Part shown: positions 28,811 to 43,090 of the stretch, in pieces
How positions within the stretch are numbered: position 1 is the stretch's first letter
Layout: each line of letters starts with the position of its first letter
Assembly: GCF_009914755.1 (NCBI RefSeq)
Contig: NC_060932.1
Reading direction: 5' to 3' (one strand)
DNA length: 64,000 nucleotides
Source of the DNA: the human T2T-CHM13v2.0 reference genome, Homo sapiens
The notes under the pieces: generated by a model
What the model saw: only the letters and a program-made list of their open reading frames with translations
The model's database searches: none
What the model was told of the DNA's origin: nothing
Position numbers and translations under genes: made by a program

Positions 28811-29101
28811 GAAAGAAAAGAAGAAAATTACTAAGAAGGAACATCAGGATGAGGAGAATTCTAGCTAAACTGACTTGACAGGATTCCTGCTGAAGGCAGG
28901 CCAGCCTGTTATCACCTGGGGAATGGAGGGGGCTGGGGTATTTGATCAGATAGCAAGGGTGGAGCATTCTCACTAAGTGGACTTAGCAGGAATCTTGCTC
29001 CTGAGGACAAGGCCTAAGGAGGGAGCCAAAACAAAAAAAAAAAAAAAAAAAAAAATGCTTGAGGAGCCTGACTAAAGTGTGGTTATGGAAAGTCTTTGTC
29101 A
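28259..29101 (-). mobile_element. MER31-like ERV1 LTR interrupted by an Alu
   Basis: Minus strand starts TGACAAAGACTTTCC...CTTTAGTCAGGCTCCTC. Confidence 0.75.
28446..28821 (+). mobile_element. AluS-type element with expanded (GAAA)n tail
   Basis: TSD agaaaattactaagaag on both sides; ~18 GAAA units at 28737-28808. Confidence 0.95.
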
Positions 29102-29707
29102 GGCGTCTTTTCTCATTCCACATCAGATTTCAGGTGCCTGCCTATGGATGACAACTTTTTCTCCCAGGGCCTGGATGTGTTCCTCGATGGTGAAAGAACA
29201 CATCCTTCTTTAGAAGGGCCTTATACAGACTCCTGGGAAGAGCAAAGGGAGTGCACCCTTTGTGCAGTTTTCTCCTCCTATTCCCTTCACTCCTTGCAAT
29301 ATTTTCCCCCCCTTTGGCTGGGTTCTACCACCATTTTTTGATCACAGGAGGAATTCTTTCACTTGCCTAGAAAGATGATACAGAAGACTTACTTGGTTCT
29401 CACTTTTTCCTTCCTCCTGTAGGCAAAGAAGTTTGCATTTGCATCACAGGCCTTTGGTGAGTGCCTACACCAAGAAAAATTTTAAAAAGTATCTAGTCTA
29501 TCTTACAAGCATAGGAGGCTCTTTCTGACAGGGGCCATCCCTGGTAAATTGTATCATGGACAATGGGTGTGTTCTCAGCAGAGGGAGCAAGCCTCTGACA
29601 CACTGGGAAATGGGAAGCAAGTCAGACAAAAAGCAGTTGGAAAGGTTTCCTAAATGTCTTACCCTGTTGCTCCACAGTGCCTCCTCCAGTGTTATTTGTT
29701 ATCACAG

Positions 29708-30124
29708 TGTGTTAGACTGTTCTCACATTCCTATAAAGAAATACCTAGGACTGGGTAATTTATGAAGAAAAGAGGTTTAATTGGCTCATGGTTCTGCAGG
29801 CTGCTCTTCAGGAAGCATAGCAGCTTCTGCTTCTGGGGAGGCCTCAGAAAACTTTCAATCATGGTGGAAGGCAGAGGGGAAGCAGGCATGTCTCACATGG
29901 CTGGAGTAAGAGCAAGAGAGCGAGCGGGGAGGTGCCACACACTTTTAAACAACCAGATCTCGTGAGAACTCTATCATGAGACAGCACTGAGAGGATGGTG
30001 CTAAACCGTTCATGAAGGATCCACCCCCATGATCGAATCACCTTTCACCAGGCCCCACTGCCAACATGCGGGATCACAATTCAACATGAAATTTGCGTGG
30101 GGACAACAGATCCAACTCATATCA
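29708..30124 (-). mobile_element. MSTA-type MaLR solo LTR
   Basis: ctataaagaaatacctaggactgggtaatttatgaagaaaagaggtttaattggctcatggttctgcagg; TSD cacag/catag. Confidence 0.88.
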
Positions 30125-31378
30125 CATAGCCTTTCAATAGACCACTTCAAAGAACTGCTGAAACAATGGCACTTTTAAAGAATGTGGTCAGAGGAATTAC
30201 ACTCCAGCCTAGCCATGTTCCTAGGATGAATCAGGGGAATGCCACAGGAGCTGTGGGGTGGTGAACAGGAGGGGACATCATCCCAGTGGTACTGAGCTGC
30301 TGGTGCAGACAGGACTGAAAGCTGTGACTACAGAAACTACAGTTCAGGGCTAAAGAAACTCTTGTCCAGGTGTACAGAAGTTTCCAAGGCACGTATATAA
30401 CAGGTGAGGTGTAGTTACCTATATTTTGTGTCTCTTCCAATACCATGCACTGCCTTCTTGATATTCAGTATGTACCGGTGTGTAGAAGAAGATAAGAAAA
30501 TACAGTCATCTCTATAGGACTCATATAACAGCATATAGAACAGTTGCTAAATAATTTTCAATTGCTTTAGTTCTTATGGAAAAGGATAAACCTAAACTTA
30601 ATTCTAATGGGTAAATCTGTGGTATTTGACATGCTCCAGGCCTAGCTAGGTTACTGCCATACTCCATGTCAAAGAAGAGCGTTTATAACTGATGAAATGG
30701 GTCTTTGAGTGGTGGAAAAATCAACCCTTTAATCCTGTGGTAAGTGTTTTCCATAAATGAGTGTTTAGGGCTGCACAAAACATTGATAGGAGAGAGACAC
30801 AGCACAGTCAACGGATCATGACAAATTTGAATAAAAATGACTGGATAATGAAACCTCCCCTCTTTTCCTTTGTATTTCTTATTACATTTAAAGAAACAGT
30901 TTTTTAACATGCCCTGTCTATTCTCAGTATAACATGCAATACACAGGAACATTCAACTTAAACAGTTGCTGATTAGAGCACTCTTTGAGACTTTATTGTG
31001 TGGTCTCTTCCCTTTCAGCTCAATGTTTTTCTGCATAAGTGGCAGGTGCAAGTTTAATTAAGTGTGATCAATGAGATTACCATTTGCAAGTTCTTAGGTA
31101 TAAGATTAAAGAATATATTCACTCATATGAAAACTGTAATTTTGCCTGCAATATATGGCTTTAGCAATTAAACAAAATATTTTTCAGTCTAGAATATTAG
31201 TTACATGAGGACACGAAATCCATTTATTCTAAAAAGAAGAGCAATATAGAATCATATAAATTTAAAAATCTAAAAAACATTAAATTAACTGTTGCTTATA
31301 CAAAAGGTTTGCTTAGTATTTCGGTAAGTCAGGCTCACCTTAGCATTAGCTCTCAAGACAGATTAGAATCATTACATG

Positions 31379-31676
<298 letters not shown>

Positions 31677-34669
31677 GAATGTCATTATGTGAAAAAATAT
31701 ATATATATATGTATAATTTGCTCACCTAAACCTATTTATTTTGGAGGTGGTAAATACAGTAAGGTGGTCTTCAGCAGCCTTCCCTAAGAAATAAAAATAA
31801 ATGTGTGCTTTTTAAATATTATAATTCATGTATTTCTGAAATTACTAAAGAATATTTGAATTTGTTCATTAAACTAATGAATAAATAGATTTGATATGTT
31901 GACAACTTAAATGTGTAATTTTCATTTTCATCAAATTTATGAGTCCTCATTCTGAGTGTATAGTAAGTAACTATTCTGGGATTGATTGGCACTTTGGGAA
32001 GGGGAAAATAGGATAAGGCTAGAGAACCTTGAGACTATCGTGACAATTTGTTATCTCTGCCCAGAAAAAGCTGTCATCAATGGTCTATTGCCTGAATATA
32101 ACAGTCTGTTACCAAGAAGGGCCTGTCCAGCTCTAGGATTCTGGAAAATTCAGTTAAATTATACTTATTGGTGGAACAGAACAGCTACCCTGAATGCTCT
32201 GTGTTGTTCTCTATAGTTCATACTCGCCTATCTGTTGGGATTTTAGGTAGCACAGTAACCATCACCACTGTGATCTCTACTGAGGATCTGAACAATTGAG
32301 AATTAAGACAATGAAATTAGGGAGATGAAGACTAAGGCACAAGTGTTATCATGTGGCTCATATCCTCAGGCAAATGTGCTTCTTAATACTGAGCCTAAGA
32401 TGTCATCCAGGGCAGCTGGTGACAAGGCACAGGTTGGGAACAGAGAAGACCTGGCCTTCCTATTCTTCTCTCCCTCACAAAGTCTGTGCCTGTATGGGAA
32501 GTCCTGGGAATGCTTATTCCTTATAAGTAACTCATCTTAAATGGAAGTATCTGGGCTAATGTGCTCAGACTCTCCTTCCAAAATCATCAGATAGGTCATT
32601 GCATATTTCTAGAGATGGAATGATTAAGATACACAGAGACAAAGTGATGTTTTTCCAGAGGGAAGGATACATTAGGATGGATTCACCCCCTCATAGTGTC
32701 CTTGGGAAGGCTATAGTCAAGAGTGTCCTATATAAAGAGTTGAGGGTCTGTGACGGTCCCATTTTCATTGTATAATCCAAGGAAGGCAAGATGGTTTCAT
32801 CCTGCATGATAAATGCAATTTCTGTGGAAGTCTTCCTGGAGCACTAGTTGGTCAGGATGGTGAGCCATGGATCACAATGGATTGGTAAGATCCACCATAG
32901 TGAGGCAGAGAGGTTGAGTAAGCCAGCACGTGCTGCCAATTTCCCATCACAAGCCCTGGGCCTTACAACTAGGGGTCTGTGAAGTCAGGAACCATCTAAG
33001 GAAATGAGGGGAAGATGCATAATGTGGACTCCAAATCCTGCTCTTGTGAAGGCTCTCCAGAAAGTGCTTTTATCATGTTTCTCCCCACTCAAACAAGCGT
33101 GAAAAGGCATCCCCATTACCTCCTTGGTAAGGGTCAAGTGCAGCTTCTACACTAGCATTTCCCCCACCTTCCTGTCATGATTCTGCTGCACCAGTTTGCA
33201 TGGGCTCTGTTTCCTCTCCCATAAAATAAACTAGCCAACCTCTGCAGAACCGCCCAGCTCTCACAGAAGCTGTGTCTTACCTGGAGGCAGGGTTAGAAAT
33301 CAAGCAACATGTGAATCCTTTGAAGTTGGTTGCATGCATGTACATTTTTCTTGAGAGAGGGTTTGTGGCTTTCATTAGACTTTTCAAAAGATCTGTGCCT
33401 CAAAAGGAAAACAACCCTGCTCATCACAGTCTCTGGCTCAGATCATGGGACTGATCCTGGTGCGTGGCACAATATGCTTTCCCAAAACACCCTCTATGTC
33501 AAATACTTTCATCTGGACCACTGGCCCAGATGGAAACGTGTCAAAGCTTCTGCCTTTCATCACAAAAGCACAGAGATATTCTACATGTTCTGTTCACTTG
33601 TGGTGTCCCTCTACCTTGCTCAGCTGCAATCCTAGCTTCACTTCTCATCACCTCTCACTGCCACAGGATGGGCCTGACTCTCTTCTCACACCCCTACAAT
33701 CACCACCAATCCCACAGCTCAGCTTTTAGTAATTTCCAGTGGCCCTGCTTGTTGAATTTCTTAGTCAACCCAGGTGAGCCCTTTTCCCAGTAGCGACCAG
33801 GGTGAGTTCTGGTGGTAGTGAATTTCCTCTAGAAGTGTAAGTGCTGGACGTATGATAGCCACTTTGGCTAAGGCAGGGTCCACTTCAAGTTCATAACACC
33901 TTCTAGTAGGTCAGAAATACCTGCTTGTTTGTGGATTCAATTTTTGACACAGGCAAGACAGTAAACTACAGTTCATCCAGGCTTTCCATCTATATGGGAA
34001 CTATGAAAAATTCCTAGACTGGTCCTATACTGGGCTGCTTTCTCTAAACGTCTCTTCAAAACTTGGTCTATAAAAGTGTAGCCAACTTACTGGAGAGAGC
34101 TTAAATCTGCACTTTTCTCCTCATCAGTTTCTACAATTCCCTATTTCCCACTGAGCTGTAAAGATTACTGGAAGAACTCTTACTATAACATTTTGCACTT
34201 CTTTGTGTATAATCCCAACTCATAAATGGAACTGTCTGTGGGGAAATCTAAAAACAAAGGAAAACAAGACAAAAAGAAGCATGTTCTTAGATTTTCAAGT
34301 GATGAACTCAAAACCTTAGGAACTTTTTATTCCACCATTTTAAAAGTACTTAATTCTGGAAAAAAAAAAATAATTGAGGAAATGTTCAATTCCATTTGAA
34401 TTTAAGAGACATATTGGAAGGACAAGGACATGATGGGACATAAATGTGATATTTTATTCAAACCATTTTCGCAGGTTCTCCGAATCTCTCCTTCCTCTTA
34501 CTTCTTCACTTAACATGAAATTTTCATTTAGAGTCAAATCTTAGTTTATAAGGAGCACATGCTGAAACTGCAATTCGTGGTTTTCTTCTCTATTTCCCTA
34601 TCCTCTATCTTTTCTTTCCTCTTGTTCTTTGGTTCCTCTTCTGACTAACTCACCGGATGTCTAAATTAT

Positions 34670-35005
34670 TTTGTTTTTATTGAATTTTATTTATTTATTA
34701 TTTATTTTGAGACAAGGACTCACTCTGTCACCTAGGCTGGAGTGCAGTGGCACTATTATATCATAGCTCACTGCAGCCTCAATATCCTGGGGTCAAGCCA
34801 TCCTCCTGCCTCAGCCCCCGAAGAGCTGGGACTATAGGCATGTGCCATCACACCTGGCTAATGTTTTATTATTACTATTATTATTTGTAGAGATGGCATC
34901 TCGCTATGTTGCCCAGGCTGGTCTTGAACTCCTGGGCTCAGGTGATCCTCCTGCCTTGGCCTCTCAAAGTGCTGGGATTACAGGTGTGAGTGTCCACCGT
35001 CAGCC
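34670..35005 (-). mobile_element. AluJ-type element
   Basis: atagctcactgcagcctc and gaactcctgggctca are J-type features; supplies the start of spurious ORF 34842..35429. Confidence 0.9.
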
Positions 35006-35564
35006 TAATTATTTAGTTATTAAATTGTTTAGTCATTATTATTTTTACTCAGTGTCTAGAAGATTTTTAAATTTTTTTATTATTATATATTATAATTATA
35101 TTATAAACCCTAGAGGGGTTTCCCAAGCTTCCTTTCGCCACAGCCAAGAGAAAACACATTGGCTATGCTGCACCCACCTCATGGCACCCACCTCATGGAC
35201 AGGGAGAGAACTGCTCCCATACACTTTCCAGAAAACAAGGCTGCTGCCTAAGCTGATTCTGATAACGGTACCAGGAACTTGCTTTCAGCTAAATGTAGGA
35301 GAGACGAACTCAATCTTCTCGCCAAACACAGCTGGTAGTTGCTCTGCACTCAGAATAACCCCCCAACACACATCCCACCCCACTCCATGCACACACCTAT
35401 CCCTGGCCAAACCCCACTTGGACTTGTAATTTAGGACTTGGAAAGTTCTGAGGGAGTATCCTCTACCCTACATCCTTAGGAATGCGTCTAGTAATAGCTT
35501 CCTCACCCTAAGCAAGCGAGTCAGGCATAGTTGAACTTGGAAAATTTTCAAATCACAACATTCT

Positions 35565-37564
35565 TACTCTAAGCTGAAGTCTTTAATATCTCATTTCAAT
35601 CAAATTCATGAATTTTGCCTTACAGAAGTGATAAATTATCTTGTCTCCAAGTCATGCCATGTAAAAAATTATCTGAATTTCTTAACTGGATAAAATAGGT
35701 AATAAATTAATATGCTTGCTTACCAAGTTTATGTCAATTTGTTTAATTAGGCTAATAATTGCCATTCACTAGAAATGTTGGTAGGTTAAGCAAATTATCC
35801 TCTTCTGTTTTCATTTCAGTGGTTTAGTAGAAAAGGAAAATCCGTTGAGAGGTCTTAAATTACACTCAAATAACAGAAAAAAAAATTCAAGGGATTTCAG
35901 AGTAGAAATGTTATTGTACATTCTTAGCTAAAAAGAATCCACTTATGAAAATATTTTTAGTGGTCTATGAAGCATCATTAAGTTTAAAAGTATACTCTTG
36001 GATAAAGTTGAAGTATCATATTGCAATGCACAACTCATTTATATGATTGTTATTGCACTGATTTTCAATTCAATACTTCTACATAAAGAGAAAGAAGTTT
36101 CTTAGTTATAAGACATTCTTAAAGCTTAATCTCTATTTTCATGTCTGCATAACATTTCCAAACCCACTTAATGTAGATAATGACAAAGTAAAGTTAGTCA
36201 TGAAACTTCCCATTACAAACTGCATTTTGTGGTGAGAATGAAGTTTTAAATTCTTTTCCACAGTTACTTTTCTCAGATACTGAATTTGATGCATTTAAAG
36301 ATGATGCGATTTTCAAAATGGATGCCAAGTGTGACCAATATTTAGCCAAATGACATCTTTCAACCTAAAGAAGCATTTACATAAAGGGGCTTATAATATA
36401 AGAATGTGTCCTTAGTGCCATGTTATGACAGGAAAAGTGTAAACATGTTCTGCAGATGTCAGCTTGAACTTACAAGCTTAGTCCTTCCCAGGCTACATTG
36501 TGCAGCACCATTTAATTCTGGAGCTTCTTTGGTTCACCTATCTGTAGCTAAAGTTCAGCTATAGCTATGAGAAGAGTGCTTTTAAAGTGTCCCATTTCAG
36601 AACTGTCTCTAGGAAACAGGGAAATGGTGAATAATTTCCAAGTGGGTTGATTAGATATGGATTTCACTATGTTCACAATTTAGACACAATTTAGAGTGTT
36701 CTCCAAATAGCTTATTGCAACTCCATTGCTATGCAGGTCCAATATTGCTAGGTAAAATCAAAGGATAACAGTAGATTCAAGCATGCAACTGGGCATAATC
36801 TATTCTTCTCATTTACAAACTGAGAAACAAAATGTAACCTGGTTTTCTGAGTTGTTATTATTAGATGTTGATTCTTTAATAGTGTACTCGGTGGTTTCTT
36901 AATATCCTGATAAACTTACTGCACTTAAAGCAAAGATTGTATTGGCACATGAGTTTGCTATGCAAATCTGTAAAAGCTGCTGAGGTTAATAAGTTTCAAG
37001 GTTAGCACACTCATAAACCTCGCTCTGCTCAATCATATCAGCATCAAGGACCTGGTATTGAAAAGCCTTGTATTTTAAAATAATAGGCCTTAAGGACTTC
37101 GTGTTTAAAGCCCTATCAGTGACTATCAGATCAGAATAAACGAGCTGTACTCTTGGATGGATCAGAATGCTGAGCATGGTGATGCAGCCCGCTTCAGTGT
37201 GGGAGCCACAGAATGCTTTTTCTCCTCTGATAGAGCTAGTCACAATCTTTCCACTTGCTTTAGAACATATCAAAACTCTGTTCATTTAACCAACGTGATA
37301 GATATAAGATCTGCTCACACATTGTTTGGTGAGACCAATTTCCAGACCTCCAAATGCACGTCTTTCTTGTTCCACAAGTGGAATTAATTTAGTTTCGTCT
37401 TTTACTTGCTTTTGTATTCTTATTAGCATTTGTTCTATGAAATGTATTTTTCTGGTCCGTATTTGATGTGCTTGTATTACTATGTGGACAAAAATCTTGG
37501 AACATGAAGATCCTTTTGCTATCAAGCAAGCCAGTCTGAACTCTTAAATCTCTCTGAATCATTG
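35565..37564 (-). pseudogene. Candidate terminal exon (stop-poor frame plus 3' UTR-like region) of a decayed minus-strand gene
   Basis: Branch-like CACTAAC (37588-37582), pyrimidine tract and AG at 37566-37565; frame 37543-36809 has 3 internal stops in 245 codons; ~2 kb with no repeat I recognise; ATTAAA at 35587-35582 followed by GT-rich sequence. Confidence 0.45.
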
Positions 37565-37690
37565 CTCAAAAATAAATGAAAGTTAGTGTTCACAGATCTG
37601 TTATTATGACCAAATGAATTAAAAAGAAGAAGCACTTTGTACAGTAAAGTAGTTACAAATGTTATTATTACAGTGTGTCAATGCATTTAC

Positions 37691-37776
37691 TGTATTTTTC
37701 TTTCAATTATCTCACAGAATGAAAACTAATGCTGCAGCAATGGAGATTGTGAAAATACAAATTTAAAAATGCATAC
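37691..37776 (-). pseudogene. Candidate 86-nt exon with transmembrane-like remnant
   Basis: Strong acceptor ttcttgattttcctttag|G and donor ACA|gtaaat; phase-1 reading MHF*ICIFTISIAAALVFIL*DN*KKNT. Confidence 0.5.
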
Positions 37777-38153
37777 CTAAAGGAAAATCAAGAAAAAAAG
37801 GAAAATTAAGCATTAAATGGAACTCTGAGTAGTTACTAAAAGTAAGAAAAGGCAAAACAAAATACCACCAGACTCTCTCCATTACTACTTCCAACTACTG
37901 TTTCCCTATTGACACATAATCTCTCATCTGGAGTTCTGTTTGTGTTATAATAATGAATCCAAAACATAAGCAGTTTATTTCTCAATAGCTATATTAACAA
38001 AGGTGTATTTATTAATCATTTGTAATAAAAATGAATGTACACCAAGTGGTAGTATTTTAGAGCTTATTCTCAATTATAAAAATAATTAAGTTGCCTTATA
38101 AATGAAATGTAGAAAAAATATTTTAAAAGAGTATTTGAAAAATAAAAAAGCTA

Positions 38154-38490
<337 letters not shown>

Positions 38491-39052
38491 TCACAACACT
38501 AAACTGTTATATACACATTTTATTAACTTATTTGTGGATATCTCACTTTGTTTTTATTTCATTTGAATAGGAATCTAGACATCTATTTTTACTTAGCACC
38601 ATTATTCATCCTAGAGTGGGAGAACTCTTTCTTTGATTCTATGTATTGTTTTCTGGCATGATTTTTTTTTGCACTGATATATTTAAGTGATTGTCATAAA
38701 ATGCTGCATCATATATTGTTTGTTGCCTAGAAAATACAGTTCTTGAACAGCCATACTCATTTAAAATCGTATTAACTTTGAATCCTCCTCTCTAAAGTAT
38801 GGAAGGTTATTCACGTAGACATTTTATTTAGCTATTGTTGTCTGCTATGATTTCTGGAATGCTTTATCTATATGTTATATAATAAAATATATTATTACTT
38901 ATTTTTGATATAAAAAAAGCTTACCTATTACTTTTGAAGTAGATACTATTTTTCAAGACCTTGAAATTAATTTACCTGAAAAAATATGTAAAAATACATA
39001 CAAAGAAAAAACACATAACTTTTGAAAACTATCCATTTTAAAACATTATTCA

Positions 39053-39340
39053 AGACCAGGTGTGGCAGCCCACACCTGTAATCCCAGCACTTTGGGAGGC
39101 CGAGGCGGTGAGATTGCTTGAGCCCAGGAGTTCCAGTCCAGCCTTGGCAAAATAGTGAGACCCCGTATGTACAGAAAAATACAAAAATTAGCTGGCTGTG
39201 GTGGTGCACACCTGTAGCAGCTACTCAAAGGACTGGAGTGAGAGGATCGCTTGAACCTGAGTGGTTGAGGCTGCAGCAAGCTGTGATCTAGCATGGGTGA
39301 CAGAGCAAGACCCTGTTTCAAAAAAATAAAATAATAAAAA
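39053..39340 (+). mobile_element. AluJ-type element
   Basis: TSD aaaacattattca on both sides. Confidence 0.9.
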
Positions 39341-39683
39341 TAAAAACATTATTCACTACCTCTAATACCTGCTCACATCATACTAGATGATGAAATAAAT
39401 ATATCAATATGCATAAAAGTTAGCTCTTAATCTCAAAGAATATACATTTTATTTAAGGAGATAAGACCAATGGATACAAAATTATTAAAGAATATTATAA
39501 TACCAAATGCCATGATCTAGAGTAAAATTAATTTGAATTCAAATGAATTATTATAAATTTTTAAATCAGCATTTTTGTCACTATATTAAAATAAGACACT
39601 TTCAGTTAGAAAGAAAAAATTACATTGAACTAAAAGAAATAACTCCTAAATCATACTGAAAGGGTTAAGATTCTGACCCTGTT

Positions 39684-41752
39684 TGTGTCTTTTAATTGGA
39701 GCATTTAGCCAATTTACATTTAAGGTTAATATTGTTATGTGTGAATTTGATCCTGTCATTATGATGTTAGCTGGTTATTTTGCTCATTAGTTGATGCAGT
39801 TTATTCCTAGCATTGATGGTCTTTACACTTTGGCATGTTATTGCAGTGGCTGGTACTGGTTGTTCCTGTCCATGTTTAGTGCTTCCTTCAGGAGCTCTGG
39901 TAGGGCAGGCCTGGTGGTGACAAAATCTCTCTGCATTTGCTTGTCTACAAAGGATTTTATTTCTCCTTCACTTAGTGAACTCCCATTCACAATTGCTTCA
40001 AAGAGAATAAAATACCTAGGAATCCAACTTACAAGGGATGTGAAGGACCTCTTCAAGGAGAACCACAAACCACTGCTCAGTGAAATAAAAGAGGACATAA
40101 ACAAATGGAAGAACATTCCATGCTCATGGATAGGAAGAATCAATATCGTGAAAATGGCCATACTGCCCAAGGTAATTTATAGATTCAGTGCCATCCTCAT
40201 CAAGCTACCAATGACTTTCTTCACAGAATTGGAAAAAACTACTTTAAAGTTTATATGGAACCAAAAAAGAGCCCGCATTGCCAAGACAATCCTAAGCCAA
40301 AAGAACAAAGCTGGAGGCATCAAGCTACCTGACTTCAAACTATACTACAAGGCTACAGTAACCAAAACAGCATGGTACTGCTACCAAAACAGAGATATAG
40401 ACCAATGGAACAGAACAGAGCCCTCAGAAATAATGCCACATATCTTCAAATATCTGATCTTTGACAAACCTGACAAAAACAAGAAATGGGGAAAGGATTC
40501 CCTATTTAATAAATGGTGCTGGGAAAACTGGCTAGCCATATGTAGAAAGCTGAAACTGGATCCCTTCCTTACACCTTATACAAAAATTAATTCAAGATGG
40601 ATTAAAGACTCAAATGTTAGACCTAAAACCATAAAAACCCTAGAAGAAAACCTAGGCAATACCGTTCAGGAGATAGGCATGGGCAAGGACTTCATGACTA
40701 AAACACCAAAAGCAATGGCAACAAAAGCCAAAATTGACAAATGGGATCTAATTAAACTAAAGAGCTTCTGCACAGCAAAAGAAACTATCATCAGAGTGAA
40801 TAGGCAACTTACAGAATGGGAGAAAATGTTTGCGATCTACTCATCTGACAAAGGGCTAATATCCAGAATCTACAAAGAACTTAAACAAATGTACAAGATA
40901 AAAACAAACAACCCCATCCCAAAGTGGGCGAAGGACATGAACAGACACTTCTCAAAAGAAGACATTTATGCAGCCAACAGACACACGAAAAAATGCTCAT
41001 CATCACTGGTCATTAGAGAAATGCAAATCAAAACCACAATGAGATACCATCTCACGCCAGTTAGAATGGCGATTATTAAAAAGTCAGGAAAGAACAGGTG
41101 CTGGAGAGGATGTGGAGAAATAGGAACACTTTTACACTGTTGGTGGGACTGTAAACTAGTTCAACCATTGTGGAAGTCAGTGTGGTGATTCCTCAAGGAT
41201 CTAGAACTAGAAATACCATTTGACCCAGCCATCCCATTACTGGGTATATACCAAAGGATTATAAATCATGCTGCTATAAAGACACATGCACATGTATGTT
41301 TATTGTGGCACTATTCACAATAGCAAAGACTTGGAACCAACCCACATGTCCATCAGTGATAGACTGGATTAAGAAAATGTGGCACATATACATCATGGAA
41401 TACTATGCAGCCATTGAAAAGGATGAGTTCATGTCCTTTGTAGGGACATGGATGAAGCTGGAAACCATCATTCTGAGCAAACTATTGCAAGGACAAAAAA
41501 ACCAAACACCGCATGTTCTCACTCATAGGTGGGAATTGAACAATGAGAACACTTGGACGCAGGAAGGGGAACATCACACACCAGGGCCTGTCGTGGGGTG
41601 GGGGCAAGGGGGAGGGATAGCATTAGGATATACCTAATGTAAATGATGAGTTAATGGGTGCAGTACACCAACATGGCACATGTATACATATGTAACAAAC
41701 CTGCATGTTGTGGACATGTACCCTAGAACTTAGAGTATAAAAAAGAAGAAAA
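39684..41752 (+). mobile_element. 5'-inverted, internally deleted L1PA (about PA4) insertion
   Basis: 39684-39974 is antisense ORF1 end/ORF2 start; 39975-41752 is sense ORF2 C-terminus and 3' UTR; perfect 17-bp TSD aagattctgaccctgtt at 39667-39683 and 41753-41769. Confidence 0.95.
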
Positions 41753-41959
41753 AAGATTCTGACCCTGTTATATGCCACAGGAAATTACATTCTCCTGGTT
41801 CATTTGATAATTATCACTGTCTTTAAACATCTTTAATATATCTAAGCAAGTATTCTTTGAGGAACAAAATCTTACTGACTTGATAAACAAAAAAGATTTT
41901 CTGATTAAACAAGGAAAACATTAGGGTTTAACAATATTACATAATCTCTTCCAGGGGAC

Positions 41960-42125
41960 TAGTTTATAACATTGATTCTCGAACTTTATAAATTGTCTTA
42001 AAATGCAGATTCCTGGTCCTAGAACCTTAGACCTATCAAATCAGAATCTCTAGGGGGCGGGAGGGGAGTTCCCATCTATTTGCCTATTTATGAAGCACCC
42101 TGGGTATTCTGATTTAGTTACTCCA
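41960..42125. mobile_element. MER5A-like hAT MITE fragment
   Basis: aaaatgcagattcctgg...cctatcaaatcagaatctctagggg. Confidence 0.65.
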
Positions 42126-42268
42126 GGAAAACACATAGAGAAACACAACTATGAGAAGTGAAAAGAATTTACAGGTGACACGACTCTCACAACTTAGAAG
42201 AATAAACATTCTCCAATAGTTTACAAGCTAGAAAAAATGTTTTATTTAATAGATATAATTAGAAAGCT

Positions 42269-43090
<822 letters not shown>

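Noticed and set aside
28591-28973. Overlapping KKER/FFLS-repeat ORFs
   Set aside because: Translations of an Alu and its (GAAA)n tail
34842-35429. 195-aa ORF
   Set aside because: Begins in an antisense Alu and runs into non-coding-looking sequence; no recognisable domain
37286-37288. Stop-codon readthrough or recoding joining the two ORFs
   Set aside because: TAA is the least leaky stop, no SECIS or readthrough context is seen, and other exons carry different stop types
37157-37387. 76-aa plus-strand ORF
   Set aside because: In-register antisense shadow of the longer minus-strand frame; flanked by stops and lacks + strand splice support
36986-37776. Naming the ghost gene (cytokine receptor, class C GPCR, XK-related, CNG channel)
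   Set aside because: Exon sizes and peptides did not convincingly match any family I recognise; no symbol assigned
39791-41188. 465-aa ORF as a host gene or active L1 ORF2
   Set aside because: Chimera across an L1 inversion junction; lacks the endonuclease and most of RT; non-ATG start
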